A stretch of DNA of 36,448 nt from Coleofasciculus sp. B1-GNL1-01 (GTDB taxonomy: Bacteria; Cyanobacteriota; Cyanobacteriia; Cyanobacteriales; Coleofasciculaceae). The stretch lies in the NCBI GenBank assembly GCA_040220235.1, contig JAVJTO010000162.1, one strand, 5' to 3'. Shown one piece after another: positions 26,282-36,290 of the stretch. Both the position numbers and the translations under genes were made by a program. A model generated the notes under the pieces. The model did no database searches. It saw nothing but the letters and a program-made list of their open reading frames with translations, and was not told the origin of the DNA. Every line of letters begins with the position of its first letter. Position 1 is the first letter of the stretch.

Positions 26282-27505
26282 ATGCGAAAATTCGATGTTG
26301 TCGTAGTCGGCGCAGGTCCAGCCGGGGGACAATGTGCGAGGTGGTTGGCGAAATCCGGTTATCAGGTTTTGTTGGTCGAGCAGCATGAAACCTTTGAGAA
26401 AAATGATTTTTCTAGTGCGGCTACGCCATTAGAAACCTTAGAAAAATTTGACTTACCGGAGGATGTTGTCGGTAGTTTTTGGCATAATTTGGTGATTGTC
26501 ACCACCAATTTAACCCGAAATTGGGATGCTCCGCAAACCTTAGGGGCTGTCTTAAATTTCGCCAAGTTGAGACAATTTCTGGCTGACGAGGTTAAATCTT
26601 GGGGCGGCGAGGTTTGCCTGGGATGTCGATATGTGAGATATGTCCAAACAGAAGGTGAGACGCGGGTTGAACTGAAGCCGCGAGGGAGAGAACCGATTAC
26701 TGTCACCACCCAGGTGCTAGTGGATGCCACAGGACCCACTAGAGCGGTTATGTATAAGAAGGAAAGCGAGAAACCTGCGTTTTTAAAGCCGTCTGGGATT
26801 GAATATTTAATTGAAGTATCAGAAGATGATTATGATAAATATGCCCATTCCCTCTGGTTTTTCTTGGGACATAAATGGATGCCAAAAGGCTATTCTTGGA
26901 TATTTCCCATGGAGAAGCCTCGGTTAAAGGTAGGGGCGGCATCGTATCGATTAGACCATAAAATTATTAAGCAGACGGAATCGATTCGATATTATATTGA
27001 TTTACTGGTTCGCGAGCATATACAAGCCAAAGACTATAAAATAATTGATACTCATGGATCAACGCTGCACTATTCCAGTGGACTGAGGGATATTTACTAT
27101 CGCGATAATATTATTGCCATTGGAGATGCCGTATCAATGGTGAACCTTTTGGGCGGAGAAGGGATTCGCCATGCTATGCATTGCGCCGAAATCGCTGGCA
27201 AGCATATTCAGCAATATTTAAAGGGTCAATCAGCCAGTTTTCAAGATTATCAACAAGAAATTCATAAAAAATTTCATCGAACCTGGAATCTGTCCGAAAA
27301 GATTGGCATGAAGTGCTATTTAATTGAAAGCGACAACAAAATTGATGAAGGTGTCTCGTATCTGACCCCTCTAGAGACTCAAGAGATGATGGATATTCTC
27401 TTTTACTATAAATTTAATAAACTCTCCAAGAGTTTAATCGTTTACCTGATCCGAAAAATTCGCTCTTGGTGGAAAGCAAACTATGTAATGAAGTATAAAT
27501 CATGA
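26282..27505 (+). CDS. FAD-dependent oxidoreductase, geranylgeranyl-reductase-like
   Basis: DVVVVGAGPAG, VDATG, GYSWIFP, IGDAVS...GEGIRHAM. Confidence 0.85.
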   Translation: MRKFDVVVVGAGPAGGQCARWLAKSGYQVLLVEQHETFEKNDFSSAATPLETLEKFDLPEDVVGSFWHNLVIVTTNLTRNWDAPQTLGAVLNFAKLRQFLADEVKSWGGEVCLGCRYVRYVQTEGETRVELKPRGREPITVTTQVLVDATGPTRAVMYKKESEKPAFLKPSGIEYLIEVSEDDYDKYAHSLWFFLGHKWMPKGYSWIFPMEKPRLKVGAASYRLDHKIIKQTESIRYYIDLLVREHIQAKDYKIIDTHGSTLHYSSGLRDIYYRDNIIAIGDAVSMVNLLGGEGIRHAMHCAEIAGKHIQQYLKGQSASFQDYQQEIHKKFHRTWNLSEKIGMKCYLIESDNKIDEGVSYLTPLETQEMMDILFYYKFNKLSKSLIVYLIRKIRSWWKANYVMKYKS

Positions 27506-27543
27506 CTGATGAAGCGGAGTTCCTGAAGGGATGTATCCAAATT

Positions 27544-27746
27544 TATAGCACTACGAGGTACGGAAAGGACATCAGTTAGTCCAAAAGGGAACAGGGAACA
27601 CCTCGACTTACCTCGACTTACTTCGGACTTCGGCGTGAGCGCTCAGTCGAACGCTTCGCTCAGTAACACGCTCAGTAACACGCTCGGTGTATCACAGGGA
27701 ACAGGGAACAGTAAAGAATGTCCTAACTTGTCTTAGTATCGTTATA
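27544..27746. mobile_element. MITE-like element with degenerate 29-bp TIRs (TATA...AGGACAT / ATGTCCT...TATA), containing GGGAACA repeats and nested mini-repeats
   Basis: Terminal inverted similarity; internal parts shared with 35150-35328. Confidence 0.6.
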
Positions 27747-27832
27747 CAAAAGACGAATGACGAATGACAAAGGACAAATAACCAAAGCGAGTTAAACTGT
27801 AAGCAGTTTTCCACATTAGCCCATAAGTAACC

Positions 27833-28888
27833 ATGCCCAGTAATCCGGTGTATCCCATCGTTTGGCGCGACGATCGCGTACTCCTAATTGACCAAACCCG
27901 TTTACCCCACAACTATACAGTGGTTGAAATTAAGTGCTGTGAGGATATGGCACGGGCAATTAGAACCATGATTGTCCGAGGTGCGCCAGCGATTGGTGTG
28001 GCGGCGGCTTACGGGATGTACTTGGGGGCGCGAGACATTAAAACGGCGGATCGCGAGACATTTGTCACTGAACTCGAAGAGGTTGCCAAACTCCTGCGCC
28101 AGACGCGCCCGACAGCGGTAAATCTATTTTGGGCGATCGCCCGCATGTTGAAAACTGCCCATGAAACCATTGGTTCAGTCGATCAGTTAAAAATGGCACT
28201 GTTAGTAACCGCCCAAGCGATTCAGGTTGAAGATTTAGAGATCTGTAAAGCGATCGGGGATAATGGGTTGGCGGCTATGCCCGCGACTCCAGAAAAATTA
28301 TGTATTCTTACTTATTGCAATGCGGGTTCCCTCGCCACAGCCGGCTATGGTACAGCCTTGGGAGTCGTGCGTTCAACCTGGCGCGAGAAGCGGTTAGCCA
28401 GAATTTATGCCTGTGAAACTCGTCCCCGGTTGCAAGGGGCAAAACTGACGGCGTGGGAATGTGTACAAGAGGGAATCCCAGTAACGTTAATTACCGATAA
28501 TATGGCAGCCCATTGTATGCATCAGGGATTAATTGATGCGGTGATGGTGGGTGCAGATAGAATTGCTGCCAATGGAGATACGGCGAATAAAATTGGCACC
28601 TATAGTGTGGCATTACTCGCCAAAGCCCATAATATTCCCTTCTTTGTCGCCGCCCCCCTCTCTACGGTTGACTTTGACTTACCCACAGGCGATTTAATTC
28701 CGATTGAAGAACGCCATCCCTCAGAAATTTATCAAATTGGTGAGACAGTGACATGTCCTACAGGGGTGGAGTTTTATAATCCAGGGTTTGATGTCACACC
28801 AGCCGAGTTAATTTCTGCGATTATTACTGAAAAAGGGGCGATGCGCCCAGAGGAGTTGCAGCAATTTCGCATGAAGCAGTTGGCGTGA
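27833..28888 (+). CDS. mtnA: S-methyl-5-thioribose-1-phosphate isomerase
   Basis: [54 protein letters not shown]. Confidence 0.95.
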   Translation: MPSNPVYPIVWRDDRVLLIDQTRLPHNYTVVEIKCCEDMARAIRTMIVRGAPAIGVAAAYGMYLGARDIKTADRETFVTELEEVAKLLRQTRPTAVNLFWAIARMLKTAHETIGSVDQLKMALLVTAQAIQVEDLEICKAIGDNGLAAMPATPEKLCILTYCNAGSLATAGYGTALGVVRSTWREKRLARIYACETRPRLQGAKLTAWECVQEGIPVTLITDNMAAHCMHQGLIDAVMVGADRIAANGDTANKIGTYSVALLAKAHNIPFFVAAPLSTVDFDLPTGDLIPIEERHPSEIYQIGETVTCPTGVEFYNPGFDVTPAELISAIITEKGAMRPEELQQFRMKQLA

Positions 28889-28947
28889 TGGTTGGGTTAA
28901 CCGGGATTTATATATACTATCCGCAGTCGTTAAAGTGGCAATATACG

Positions 28948-29052
28948 AAAAACCTCAGCGCTTTCTGTGAAAGGCTGAGGACAAGTATCAGGGTGTATGC
29001 TTTTCTCCTTCAGGCAGAGTTATTTGGTTGATGACTGCATCTGGAGTCTTGC
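28948..29052 (-). ncRNA. Candidate ~105-nt small RNA
   Basis: Minus-strand TATAAT at 29058-29063; terminator stem CCUCAGC...GCUGAGG plus U5 (28948-28980); no ORF. Confidence 0.5.
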
Positions 29053-29150
29053 TACTTATTATATTGACTCATAAGCTAGACGATCTTCTAGATCAGTTCT
29101 GATGCACTTTGCTCTTGATCTAAAACTGATCTTGACAAAATGGCTATTTG

Positions 29151-29192
29151 TCATTCGTCATTCGTCATTCGTCATTCGTCATTCGTCATTCG
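29151..29192 (+). repeat. STRR heptamer TCATTCG x6
   Basis: Read directly. Confidence 0.9.
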
Positions 29193-29343
29193 TCCTACTT
29201 GCTCCCTTGAGAAGCACGCTATGTCCTTTGTCTCAAATCTAAACGACAAGAGGGCGGGTTTTGTTGATAAGTTATCGGTATACCCGTCAATTAAACGGCT
29301 AAACCCGCCCCTACAACCCTCCTACCCTCTTACCCTTCTATCC

Positions 29344-32300
29344 TCAATTACACTGAGAAACGTTAGCAAAGTCTTCCAGGTTGGGGGCAAAATTAACGGT
29401 TCCTGTATTATTCTGAGTGAGAGTATCTAGATTCACGACCTCGAATGTGCCATTATTGCGCTGAAGCTGGAACTCTGTCGTGCTGGTGTTGTCACTTAGG
29501 GCAAGGCAGAACGTGCGATCGCTATTGAGTACAGCCTTAAATCCTGGAATAGCATTTTTATCCAAAATTGTCAACTCTACATCGGCAAGAGTTTCAGCAT
29601 TGCCATTCGTTTGCAAAAAGATACCCTGACCTGCATTATCCGTAACCATGGTATTGTTAATCCGATAATCTTGCACCGAGACAGCATTTCCCTGGACAAA
29701 AATGCCTTGACCTCCATCCGTTCCACTGGTGGGAGTTGTACCGCTAATGGTACTGGTTTCAATCTCAAACTCTTGGCGGCTATTATTATTCGCCGATACA
29801 AAAATTCCCTGACCTGTGCTATTACTAATCTGCACATTACTAATCTGAAACCGTTGCTGAGATTGGAGTTCGAGATTCTTCTCATCGCCATTCGCGCCAA
29901 CAAAAAGACCTTGACCCTGACTATCAGTGATTTGAACATTATCAATGGTAAAGTCTTGTTGGGCAATGCTATTGGCTTGGACAAAAACCCCTTGACCGCC
30001 ACTGTTTAAAGTGTTCAAGGTTGTGCCATCAATCGTACTATCTTTAATCTCAAATTTTTGAGTGCTATTGTTATTAGCGCTCATGAAAATCCCCTGACCT
30101 GTACTCTGGTTAATCTGGGCGTCTGTGATGGCAAACTCTTGCCGTGATTGTACACTGAGGTCATTTTCATCTCCATTCGTCGCCACAAAAATACCCTGCC
30201 CAGCATTGTTGGTTATTGTGGGACTATTAATCTGAAACTCCTGGACTGCCATACGATTACCTTGCACAAAAATCCCTTGTCCGCCTTCGCCTTGGGCGTC
30301 GAGTTCAATATTACGAATCGTACTGCTGTCGATGTCAAAGACTTGTTCGCTGTTATTGTTCGCCGCAATAAAAATCCCCTGACCCACGGTTTCACTAACG
30401 TCAGTGCCATTTAGTTGGAACTCTTGCCTCGATTGGGCAGTTAAATCATTTTCATCACCATTGGTAGCAATTAAAATACCTTGTCCAGCGGTATTGGTGA
30501 CGCTGGTATTGTTGAGGGTAAAATCTTGAACAGCAACGCGATTTCCCTGAATAAAGACGCCTTGACCGCCATCGCCATTACTGTCAAGGCGAGTCTGGTT
30601 AATGGTACTGGCATCAATGTCAAAGGTTTGCTCACTGTTATTATTAGCGGCGATGAAAATCCCTTGTCCTGTACTTTCGCTAACGGTGGCGTTGCTGAGG
30701 TTAAACTCTTGGAGAGATTGCTGGGTGAGGTCATTTTCGTTACCATTGGCTGCCACAAAGATGCCTTGACCTGCACTTTCAGTAACTGTCAAAGTCTCCA
30801 GAGTCAAGGTTTGCTGGGCGCTGGCATTGGCTTGTAGAAAAAGACCTTGACCCCCATCGCCATTTTCATCGAGAACAGTATTACGAATGCTCGTATTCAA
30901 GACATCAAAGGTCTGGCGACTATTATTATTCGCCGTCAAATAAACCCCTTGACCGACACTATTACGAATTTGATTATTGGTTGCCGTTAATTGCTGTTGC
31001 ACCTCACCAGAGGCTTGAATAAAAACACCTTGACCACCACTGTCACTGATTTGATTACTATCTAGGGTGAGTTCTTGTTGAGTGGTTCCCGATGCTTGAA
31101 TAAAAACGCCCTGCTGACCGCTATTTGTGATAACATTACGAGCGATCGCACTGGTTCCAGTTACATCGATGAGACTAATCCCTTGTCCTGTGACGTTGGT
31201 GATGCGGTTATCTTGAATCGTCACATTCTCAATAGCCGCGCCTTGGATACCATTCCCCGTGGCATTGGCGATCGCAAACCCAGCCAGGGTGGTATTATTT
31301 CCTAGCGTTACCGTTCCCGTAATTGTGGGAAACTCACCGCTTCCCGATAAGGGCAACTGCACCCTACCCAGTTGCTGCGTATCAATATGTTGAACTGCAC
31401 CTGCGGAGAGTACCGCTACCCCATCCGCAAACTGAAAACCTTCTGTCTCAGACGTCGTACCCACTTGCACATAAACAATCTCATCAGTTTGTGCCACACT
31501 CAAGGCATCCTGCACTGTGCCAAACGGTGTTTCAAACGTACCCTCTCCTGTACTCACCCCCAACGTGACATGCTGAAACTGCCAAGGTTGACCCGTTTTC
31601 GGGTTTATCGCCGCGACTTGTTCATTTTCCGTTTGTTCATCGACAATAATTGTGGCGATACGTCCTACCGATTCACCCATCCGTGTCAAGGCGCTACCGG
31701 ATTCAACCTCAGGGGGGCGAGTTCCCGGAAAGGTTGCGCCTAGACTAAGAACAATCCGAGTATCAAAAATTTGGTCAGTTTGCACCGATAAACCCAGATT
31801 CAGATAATCCGTGGGACGCGCCTCCAATCGCCCTCGAATACCAATCGCACCATCAGTTCCCTCCCCACCGTAATAATAAACCCCCCCATATCCCCGTAAA
31901 TCCCCCTCCCCTAATCGCAACAACCGTCCCCCCGCTTCAATATCAAATCCCGCCATTGCTGCTTCAAAGCGCTGGCGATGATTGAGAAGTAAATGATTCT
32001 GTGCGAATCCACGCAGAGAGAACGACTCATCCACTTCTGGGCGGCGTTCACCCACTGGCAAATACGCATTCACCCGCAAATCCCAATTATCCCCCAGTCG
32101 TTCAAACCCTGCACCAATTTGGTGAAACACGCTGTTTCCGGTATCACGGGTATCATAGGAAAGATAGCCTCCCAGAATCCGGTTTTGAGTGGAATTGTAA
32201 AACCGTTGTCCCAGAAGAATCGTTCCGCCCATGGTGGAGTCGGTTAACAAACGTAACTGTCCTTCCAGAAATGTCAGAGTGCTTCCGGGAATCTGAGTAA

Positions 32301-32523
32301 TTGGAACAAAGCCTTCCAGACTAAAAAATGGGTCTTGATAGCCTGCGCCTTCGGTGGTAAAATCAACGCCTACACGGGGTAAGACTCTCAAATCTGTGGC
32401 AGTCCCCGGAGTTGGTAAACGTGGCGTATCGGTTTCCGACTCAGGAGTTTGGGCAATGACAGGCGACGTTAACCCTCCAGAAACAAGTAATCCAACACAG
32501 AGGGCTTGAGCGGAGATTTTCAT
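29344..32523 (-). CDS. Surface protein: N-terminal inverse-autotransporter-like beta-barrel plus right-handed beta-helix repeats
   Basis: Signal peptide; LGQRFY, GGYLSYD, FHQIGAGFE, RVNAYLPVG, GFDIEAG barrel strands; GTFETPF; many GQG(I/V)F repeats. Confidence 0.75.
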   Translation of the reverse strand: MKISAQALCVGLLVSGGLTSPVIAQTPESETDTPRLPTPGTATDLRVLPRVGVDFTTEGAGYQDPFFSLEGFVPITQIPGSTLTFLEGQLRLLTDSTMGGTILLGQRFYNSTQNRILGGYLSYDTRDTGNSVFHQIGAGFERLGDNWDLRVNAYLPVGERRPEVDESFSLRGFAQNHLLLNHRQRFEAAMAGFDIEAGGRLLRLGEGDLRGYGGVYYYGGEGTDGAIGIRGRLEARPTDYLNLGLSVQTDQIFDTRIVLSLGATFPGTRPPEVESGSALTRMGESVGRIATIIVDEQTENEQVAAINPKTGQPWQFQHVTLGVSTGEGTFETPFGTVQDALSVAQTDEIVYVQVGTTSETEGFQFADGVAVLSAGAVQHIDTQQLGRVQLPLSGSGEFPTITGTVTLGNNTTLAGFAIANATGNGIQGAAIENVTIQDNRITNVTGQGISLIDVTGTSAIARNVITNSGQQGVFIQASGTTQQELTLDSNQISDSGGQGVFIQASGEVQQQLTATNNQIRNSVGQGVYLTANNNSRQTFDVLNTSIRNTVLDENGDGGQGLFLQANASAQQTLTLETLTVTESAGQGIFVAANGNENDLTQQSLQEFNLSNATVSESTGQGIFIAANNNSEQTFDIDASTINQTRLDSNGDGGQGVFIQGNRVAVQDFTLNNTSVTNTAGQGILIATNGDENDLTAQSRQEFQLNGTDVSETVGQGIFIAANNNSEQVFDIDSSTIRNIELDAQGEGGQGIFVQGNRMAVQEFQINSPTITNNAGQGIFVATNGDENDLSVQSRQEFAITDAQINQSTGQGIFMSANNNSTQKFEIKDSTIDGTTLNTLNSGGQGVFVQANSIAQQDFTIDNVQITDSQGQGLFVGANGDEKNLELQSQQRFQISNVQISNSTGQGIFVSANNNSRQEFEIETSTISGTTPTSGTDGGQGIFVQGNAVSVQDYRINNTMVTDNAGQGIFLQTNGNAETLADVELTILDKNAIPGFKAVLNSDRTFCLALSDNTSTTEFQLQRNNGTFEVVNLDTLTQNNTGTVNFAPNLEDFANVSQCN

Positions 32524-32625
32524 TAATCAGAGGGTGAATACAATCGTCACCCCCTCTTACAGGTATCGCTTTTGGGAATCCGGCAAAGGGGATTCTGTGT
32601 TGAAGTTTTGTTAAGTTATGTAGCC

Positions 32626-32650
32626 AAAAAAAAATCCCCTTTCGGGGACT
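32626..32650 (-). terminator. Intrinsic terminator UCCCC-GAAA-GGGGA-U9, ~100 nt upstream of the surface-protein start on the same strand
   Basis: GNRA-capped stem and 9 U. Confidence 0.75.
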
Positions 32651-32860
32651 CGTCCAAGGGTGGGAAAAAGATTTCATCTATATTTTTATTATCTACCCAA
32701 GTAGCAGGAGTTGTGTGTAGCTACGATGAAGTTTATATGAAAAATCGATGAAGTTTCTGTAAAGTTGGGTCTGATCGTTGGTCATGGCTTCTTTGTCCGT
32801 TGTTATTGATCCCGATACTCTATCCCTTTTTATTTATCAAAATGGTACCACCCAACAATG

Positions 32861-32948
32861 AAAAATCCCGTTCTCGACCCACTGAGAACGGGATAAGGAG
32901 TGAGATACACTAATTGCAACTTGGGAGTAAGCGGTGTATATCGTCTTA
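32861..32948 (-). ncRNA. Candidate ~90-nt small RNA with anti-SD-like linker
   Basis: -10-like TAAGCT at 32955-32960; 5' stem AUACAC/GUGUAU; linker CUCACUCCUU; 11-bp terminator stem plus U-tract. Confidence 0.5.
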
Positions 32949-33031
32949 CCTAGTAGCTTAACCGTTCTCCAGAGGCTTTTGGGATAAGCGTTGATGAAGA
33001 ATGGCTCGATTTATGTGAAACTTCCGTGAAT

Positions 33032-33079
33032 ATGACCAGTATCACAATTCGTATTCCTGAAGATGTGGTCGAGGATCTC
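33032..33079 (+). pseudogene. Fragment of a ribbon-helix-helix (CopG/BrnA-like) antitoxin gene, cut by repeat DNA
   Basis: MTSITIRIPEDVVEDL has the RHH strand-helix pattern; the frame then runs into repeats. Confidence 0.45.
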
Positions 33080-33228
33080 ATACCAAGTTGTATTCAAAGA
33101 TATAACTTTCCTCCCCCAGCTTCCCCAGCTTCCCCAGCTCCCAGACGTGCCATGCATGGCACGTCTCTACATTGCTTCCCCAGCTCCCCCAGCTCCCTAC
33201 CCCACCACAAAACTTATTCAGCAGCCCC
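33077..33228. repeat. Composite repeat: CTCATACCAAGTT end, CCCCAGCT repeats, GTAG-type palindrome
   Basis: CTCATACCAAGTT also present reversed at 9118-9130; palindrome AGACGTGCCATGCATGGCACGTCT. Confidence 0.6.
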
Positions 33229-33307
33229 TGGCTAGTTCTAAGTTATCCTCCTTTAACCAGCGGTTGATGAGACTGAAAGGCTATCCTTTGGTAAATGGGT
33301 ATGTTTT

Positions 33308-35065
33308 CTACATCCGTTCGAGTACCGAAATACCGAGTAACGATAATCCCAGTTTCAAAGTTTGAGCTGTTAGGTCACACAACATTAATCGTGATAGTCG
33401 CACGGATTCCTCCGCTTTAAGCACAGGACATTGGTCATAAAATTGACTGAATTTCTCGCTCAGTTCATACAAATACTGACAAAGACGATTAGGTAATAAC
33501 TCTTGCTCAACGTCTTTAATTACCTCGCTGACTTGTAGTAGGTGTTTAGCTAGTGTTGCTTCTTGGCCTTCTTTCAATGAGACTTGAGTAGATGTTCTTA
33601 ACTGCTCAAAATCAATGCCACCTTTGCGACCAATACTTTGAATCCGGGCATAAGCATACAGCAGATACGGTGCTGTATTTCCTTTGAGCGATAGCATCTT
33701 ATCGAAGCTAAACACATAGTTGCTGGTGCGATTTTGACTGAGGTCAGCATATTTGACCGCCGCCATACCAACCACTTGAGCCACATGTTCAATGAACTCC
33801 TCGGTTTCCTGGCGACCCTCCTCTTGGATGCGAGTTTTCAGATCAGCACGCGCCCGCGCGATCGCTTCATCTAATAAATCCCGCAATCGCACCGTCTCTC
33901 CAGACCGAGTTTTCAGCTTTTTCCCGTCTTCCCCTAGTACCAATCCAAAGGGAACATGCACAACTTCAACAGTCTCTGGTAACCAACCTGCCCGTTTTGC
34001 GACCTGAAATACTTGGGCAAAATGATTCGCTTGTCCAGCATCAGTAACGTAAATAATCCGCTTTGCCCCATCTTGCTCAATCCGGTAGCGTAGTGCCGCT
34101 AAGTCAGTTGTGGCATAGTTATACCCTCCATCTGACTTTTGTACAATTAAGGGTAAAGGTTCACCTTTTTTATTGGTAAATCCTTCTAAGAAAACACATT
34201 TAGCTCCTTGGTCTTCCACTAATAAGCCTGATTGTTCTAAATCGTTGACCACATCAGGAAGTAAGGGATTATAGAATGATTCACCCCGTTCGGCGAGATC
34301 CACATCCAGTAAATCATAAATGACCTGAAATTCCCGCCGGGATTGCTCACACAGCAACTGCCAAGCTCGTTTGGTATCTTCAGCCCCAGCTTGCAGCTTG
34401 ACGACTTCCTGTCGTGCGGATTCTTGGAAAGCTCCATCGCTATCAAACCGTTTTTTAGCTTGTCGATAAAAGCTGACTAAATCTCCTAAATCGACAGCCT
34501 CAGCCGTGGTTAATGCCTCGGGGCAAACTTCCCGGAGATAGGTAATTAACATGCCAAATTGAGTTCCCCAATCGCCGACATGATTGAGGCGCAGGACATC
34601 ATGATCTCGAAATTCCAAAATACGGGCAATGCAGTCCCCAATAATAGTGGAGCGCAGATGACCAACATGCATTTCTTTGGCAATGTTTGGACTGGAAAAA
34701 TCCACAACAACTCGCTGGGGCTGTTTGGCGGGTTCTACACCTAAGCGAGGATGGGTGAGATTCCTATTCAACTTGGCTTCTAAATAGGCAGATTTGAGGG
34801 TGAAATTAATAAAACCGGGTCCTGCGACTGTGGGAGGATGGCAGATATCAGCAACATCGAGATGGTTGACCAGCATGTCTGCGATCGCTCGTGGGGGTTG
34901 ACCTAGCGGTTTTGCCAGAGAGAGCGCCGCATTCGATTGATAATCACCAAATTTAGGATTACTGGCAGGAACTAACATTGGATCTGTACCCGCCATCGTT
35001 TCACCAAAGGCAGCAATCAATGCTTGCTCAAATTTGGCTTTTAGTTGTTCCAAGGTTGAAGTCAT
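33308..35065 (-). CDS. argS: Arginine--tRNA ligase
   Basis: [57 protein letters not shown]-terminal ERM; ATG at 35065 preferred. Confidence 0.98.
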   Translation of the reverse strand: MTSTLEQLKAKFEQALIAAFGETMAGTDPMLVPASNPKFGDYQSNAALSLAKPLGQPPRAIADMLVNHLDVADICHPPTVAGPGFINFTLKSAYLEAKLNRNLTHPRLGVEPAKQPQRVVVDFSSPNIAKEMHVGHLRSTIIGDCIARILEFRDHDVLRLNHVGDWGTQFGMLITYLREVCPEALTTAEAVDLGDLVSFYRQAKKRFDSDGAFQESARQEVVKLQAGAEDTKRAWQLLCEQSRREFQVIYDLLDVDLAERGESFYNPLLPDVVNDLEQSGLLVEDQGAKCVFLEGFTNKKGEPLPLIVQKSDGGYNYATTDLAALRYRIEQDGAKRIIYVTDAGQANHFAQVFQVAKRAGWLPETVEVVHVPFGLVLGEDGKKLKTRSGETVRLRDLLDEAIARARADLKTRIQEEGRQETEEFIEHVAQVVGMAAVKYADLSQNRTSNYVFSFDKMLSLKGNTAPYLLYAYARIQSIGRKGGIDFEQLRTSTQVSLKEGQEATLAKHLLQVSEVIKDVEQELLPNRLCQYLYELSEKFSQFYDQCPVLKAEESVRLSRLMLCDLTAQTLKLGLSLLGISVLERM

Positions 35066-35149
35066 TGCGCTAGGTAAAGAGTTGAAACGATAAGAGGTTG
35101 CCAAGAATTAGGGAGAAATGGTTTACTCAAAACATTAGGGAATGAACTT

Positions 35150-35328
35150 TAAGTTAGGTTGGTGGAAATAAACTTAACTAGATTAAGTCATGTAAACAAG
35201 CCTCAAACCCTTACTGTTCCCTGTGAGACACCGAGCGTGTTACCGAGCGGAGTCGAGGTAAGTCGAGGTGTTCCCTGTTCCCTGTTCCCCAATCTCAACC
35301 GTTAACTTTAATTGTGTCCACCCACTTA
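35150..35328 (-). mobile_element. MITE of the 13624-13740 family, with nested mini-repeat
   Basis: Reverse complement starts TAAGTGGGTGGACACAATTAAAGTT and contains AACAGTAAGGGTTTGAGG, as in 13624-13690. Confidence 0.8.
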
Positions 35329-36195
35329 CATGTGATTCTCGTGCAGTAAGTTCATACTTAAATCCAGCCAAGTGGAACGAGTTATAGGGGCACTCGTGGA
35401 AATATAGTCTACACCCGTTTGGGCTACAGCACGAATGGTGTCCAGGGTAATATTCCCAGAGGCTTCAATTTTCAGTCGGTCATTTTTGCCGCGAATCTTA
35501 TGTACCGCCTGTCGCATCCTTTCCAAGGGCATATTGTCCAGCATGATAATGTCAGCCTCGTGATCTAAGGCTTCTGTCACTTGCTCGAGGGTTTCGGTTT
35601 CGACTTCAATCCTTAGGGGGTAGGGCATTTGTTCCCGGATATGAGCGATCGCCTCTTTTATGCTACCTGCTGCCACTATATGATTGTCTTTAATCATCAC
35701 GGCATCATCTAAGCCGAAACGATGATTAATGGCACCACCGACTTGGGTGGCATATTTTTCTAGCAGTCTTAGCCCAGGGGTGGTTTTACGGGTATCGACG
35801 AGTTGAGTGGGAAAATCGATGAGTTGATCGACATATTGGCGGGTAAGGGTAGAAATGCCACTTAAGTGCATTGCTAGGTTGAGAGCCACTCGTTCTCCCA
35901 TTAAGAGGGTATCCAGAGAGCCATGTAAACGAGCAATGACCTGTCCGGGATGACAGTTTTCCCCTTCAGCTACAACAGAGACAAAACTGGTTTGATCACT
36001 TAAAAGTTGGAAGATCCGTTTCGCGATCGGCAATCCAGCAATCACTCCCCCTGCTTTAGCCGTCCATTCGGCTTGGACAATTTTGTCCGGGGCTTCCCAC
36101 AAGCCCTGAGTAGTGCGATCGCCTCGACCTATATCTTCTAACAACCAGTTCTGGAGGATCGGATCTAGCAGGATCAATGGCGGTAAAGCTCTCAT
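35326..36195 (-). CDS. nadC: Nicotinate-nucleotide pyrophosphorylase (quinolinate phosphoribosyltransferase)
   Basis: EDIGRGD, ERVALN, DTRKTTPGLR, HRFGL, IKDNH, EVE, IMLDN, EASGNI. Confidence 0.97.
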   Translation of the reverse strand: MRALPPLILLDPILQNWLLEDIGRGDRTTQGLWEAPDKIVQAEWTAKAGGVIAGLPIAKRIFQLLSDQTSFVSVVAEGENCHPGQVIARLHGSLDTLLMGERVALNLAMHLSGISTLTRQYVDQLIDFPTQLVDTRKTTPGLRLLEKYATQVGGAINHRFGLDDAVMIKDNHIVAAGSIKEAIAHIREQMPYPLRIEVETETLEQVTEALDHEADIIMLDNMPLERMRQAVHKIRGKNDRLKIEASGNITLDTIRAVAQTGVDYISTSAPITRSTWLDLSMNLLHENHM

Positions 36196-36290
36196 CTGAC
36201 AAACAGGGGTAATTTTCTCAAGCTGGTCGGGTTAGCTCTAGATTTAACATAGCTCAGATCGCCCTCTGGGAAAGGGTTTTTGACTTCCTC

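Noticed and set aside
29140..29430. 96-aa + strand ORF with HSSFVIR repeats
   Set aside because: Derived from the TCATTCG STRR and a REP pair; overlaps the end of a real gene
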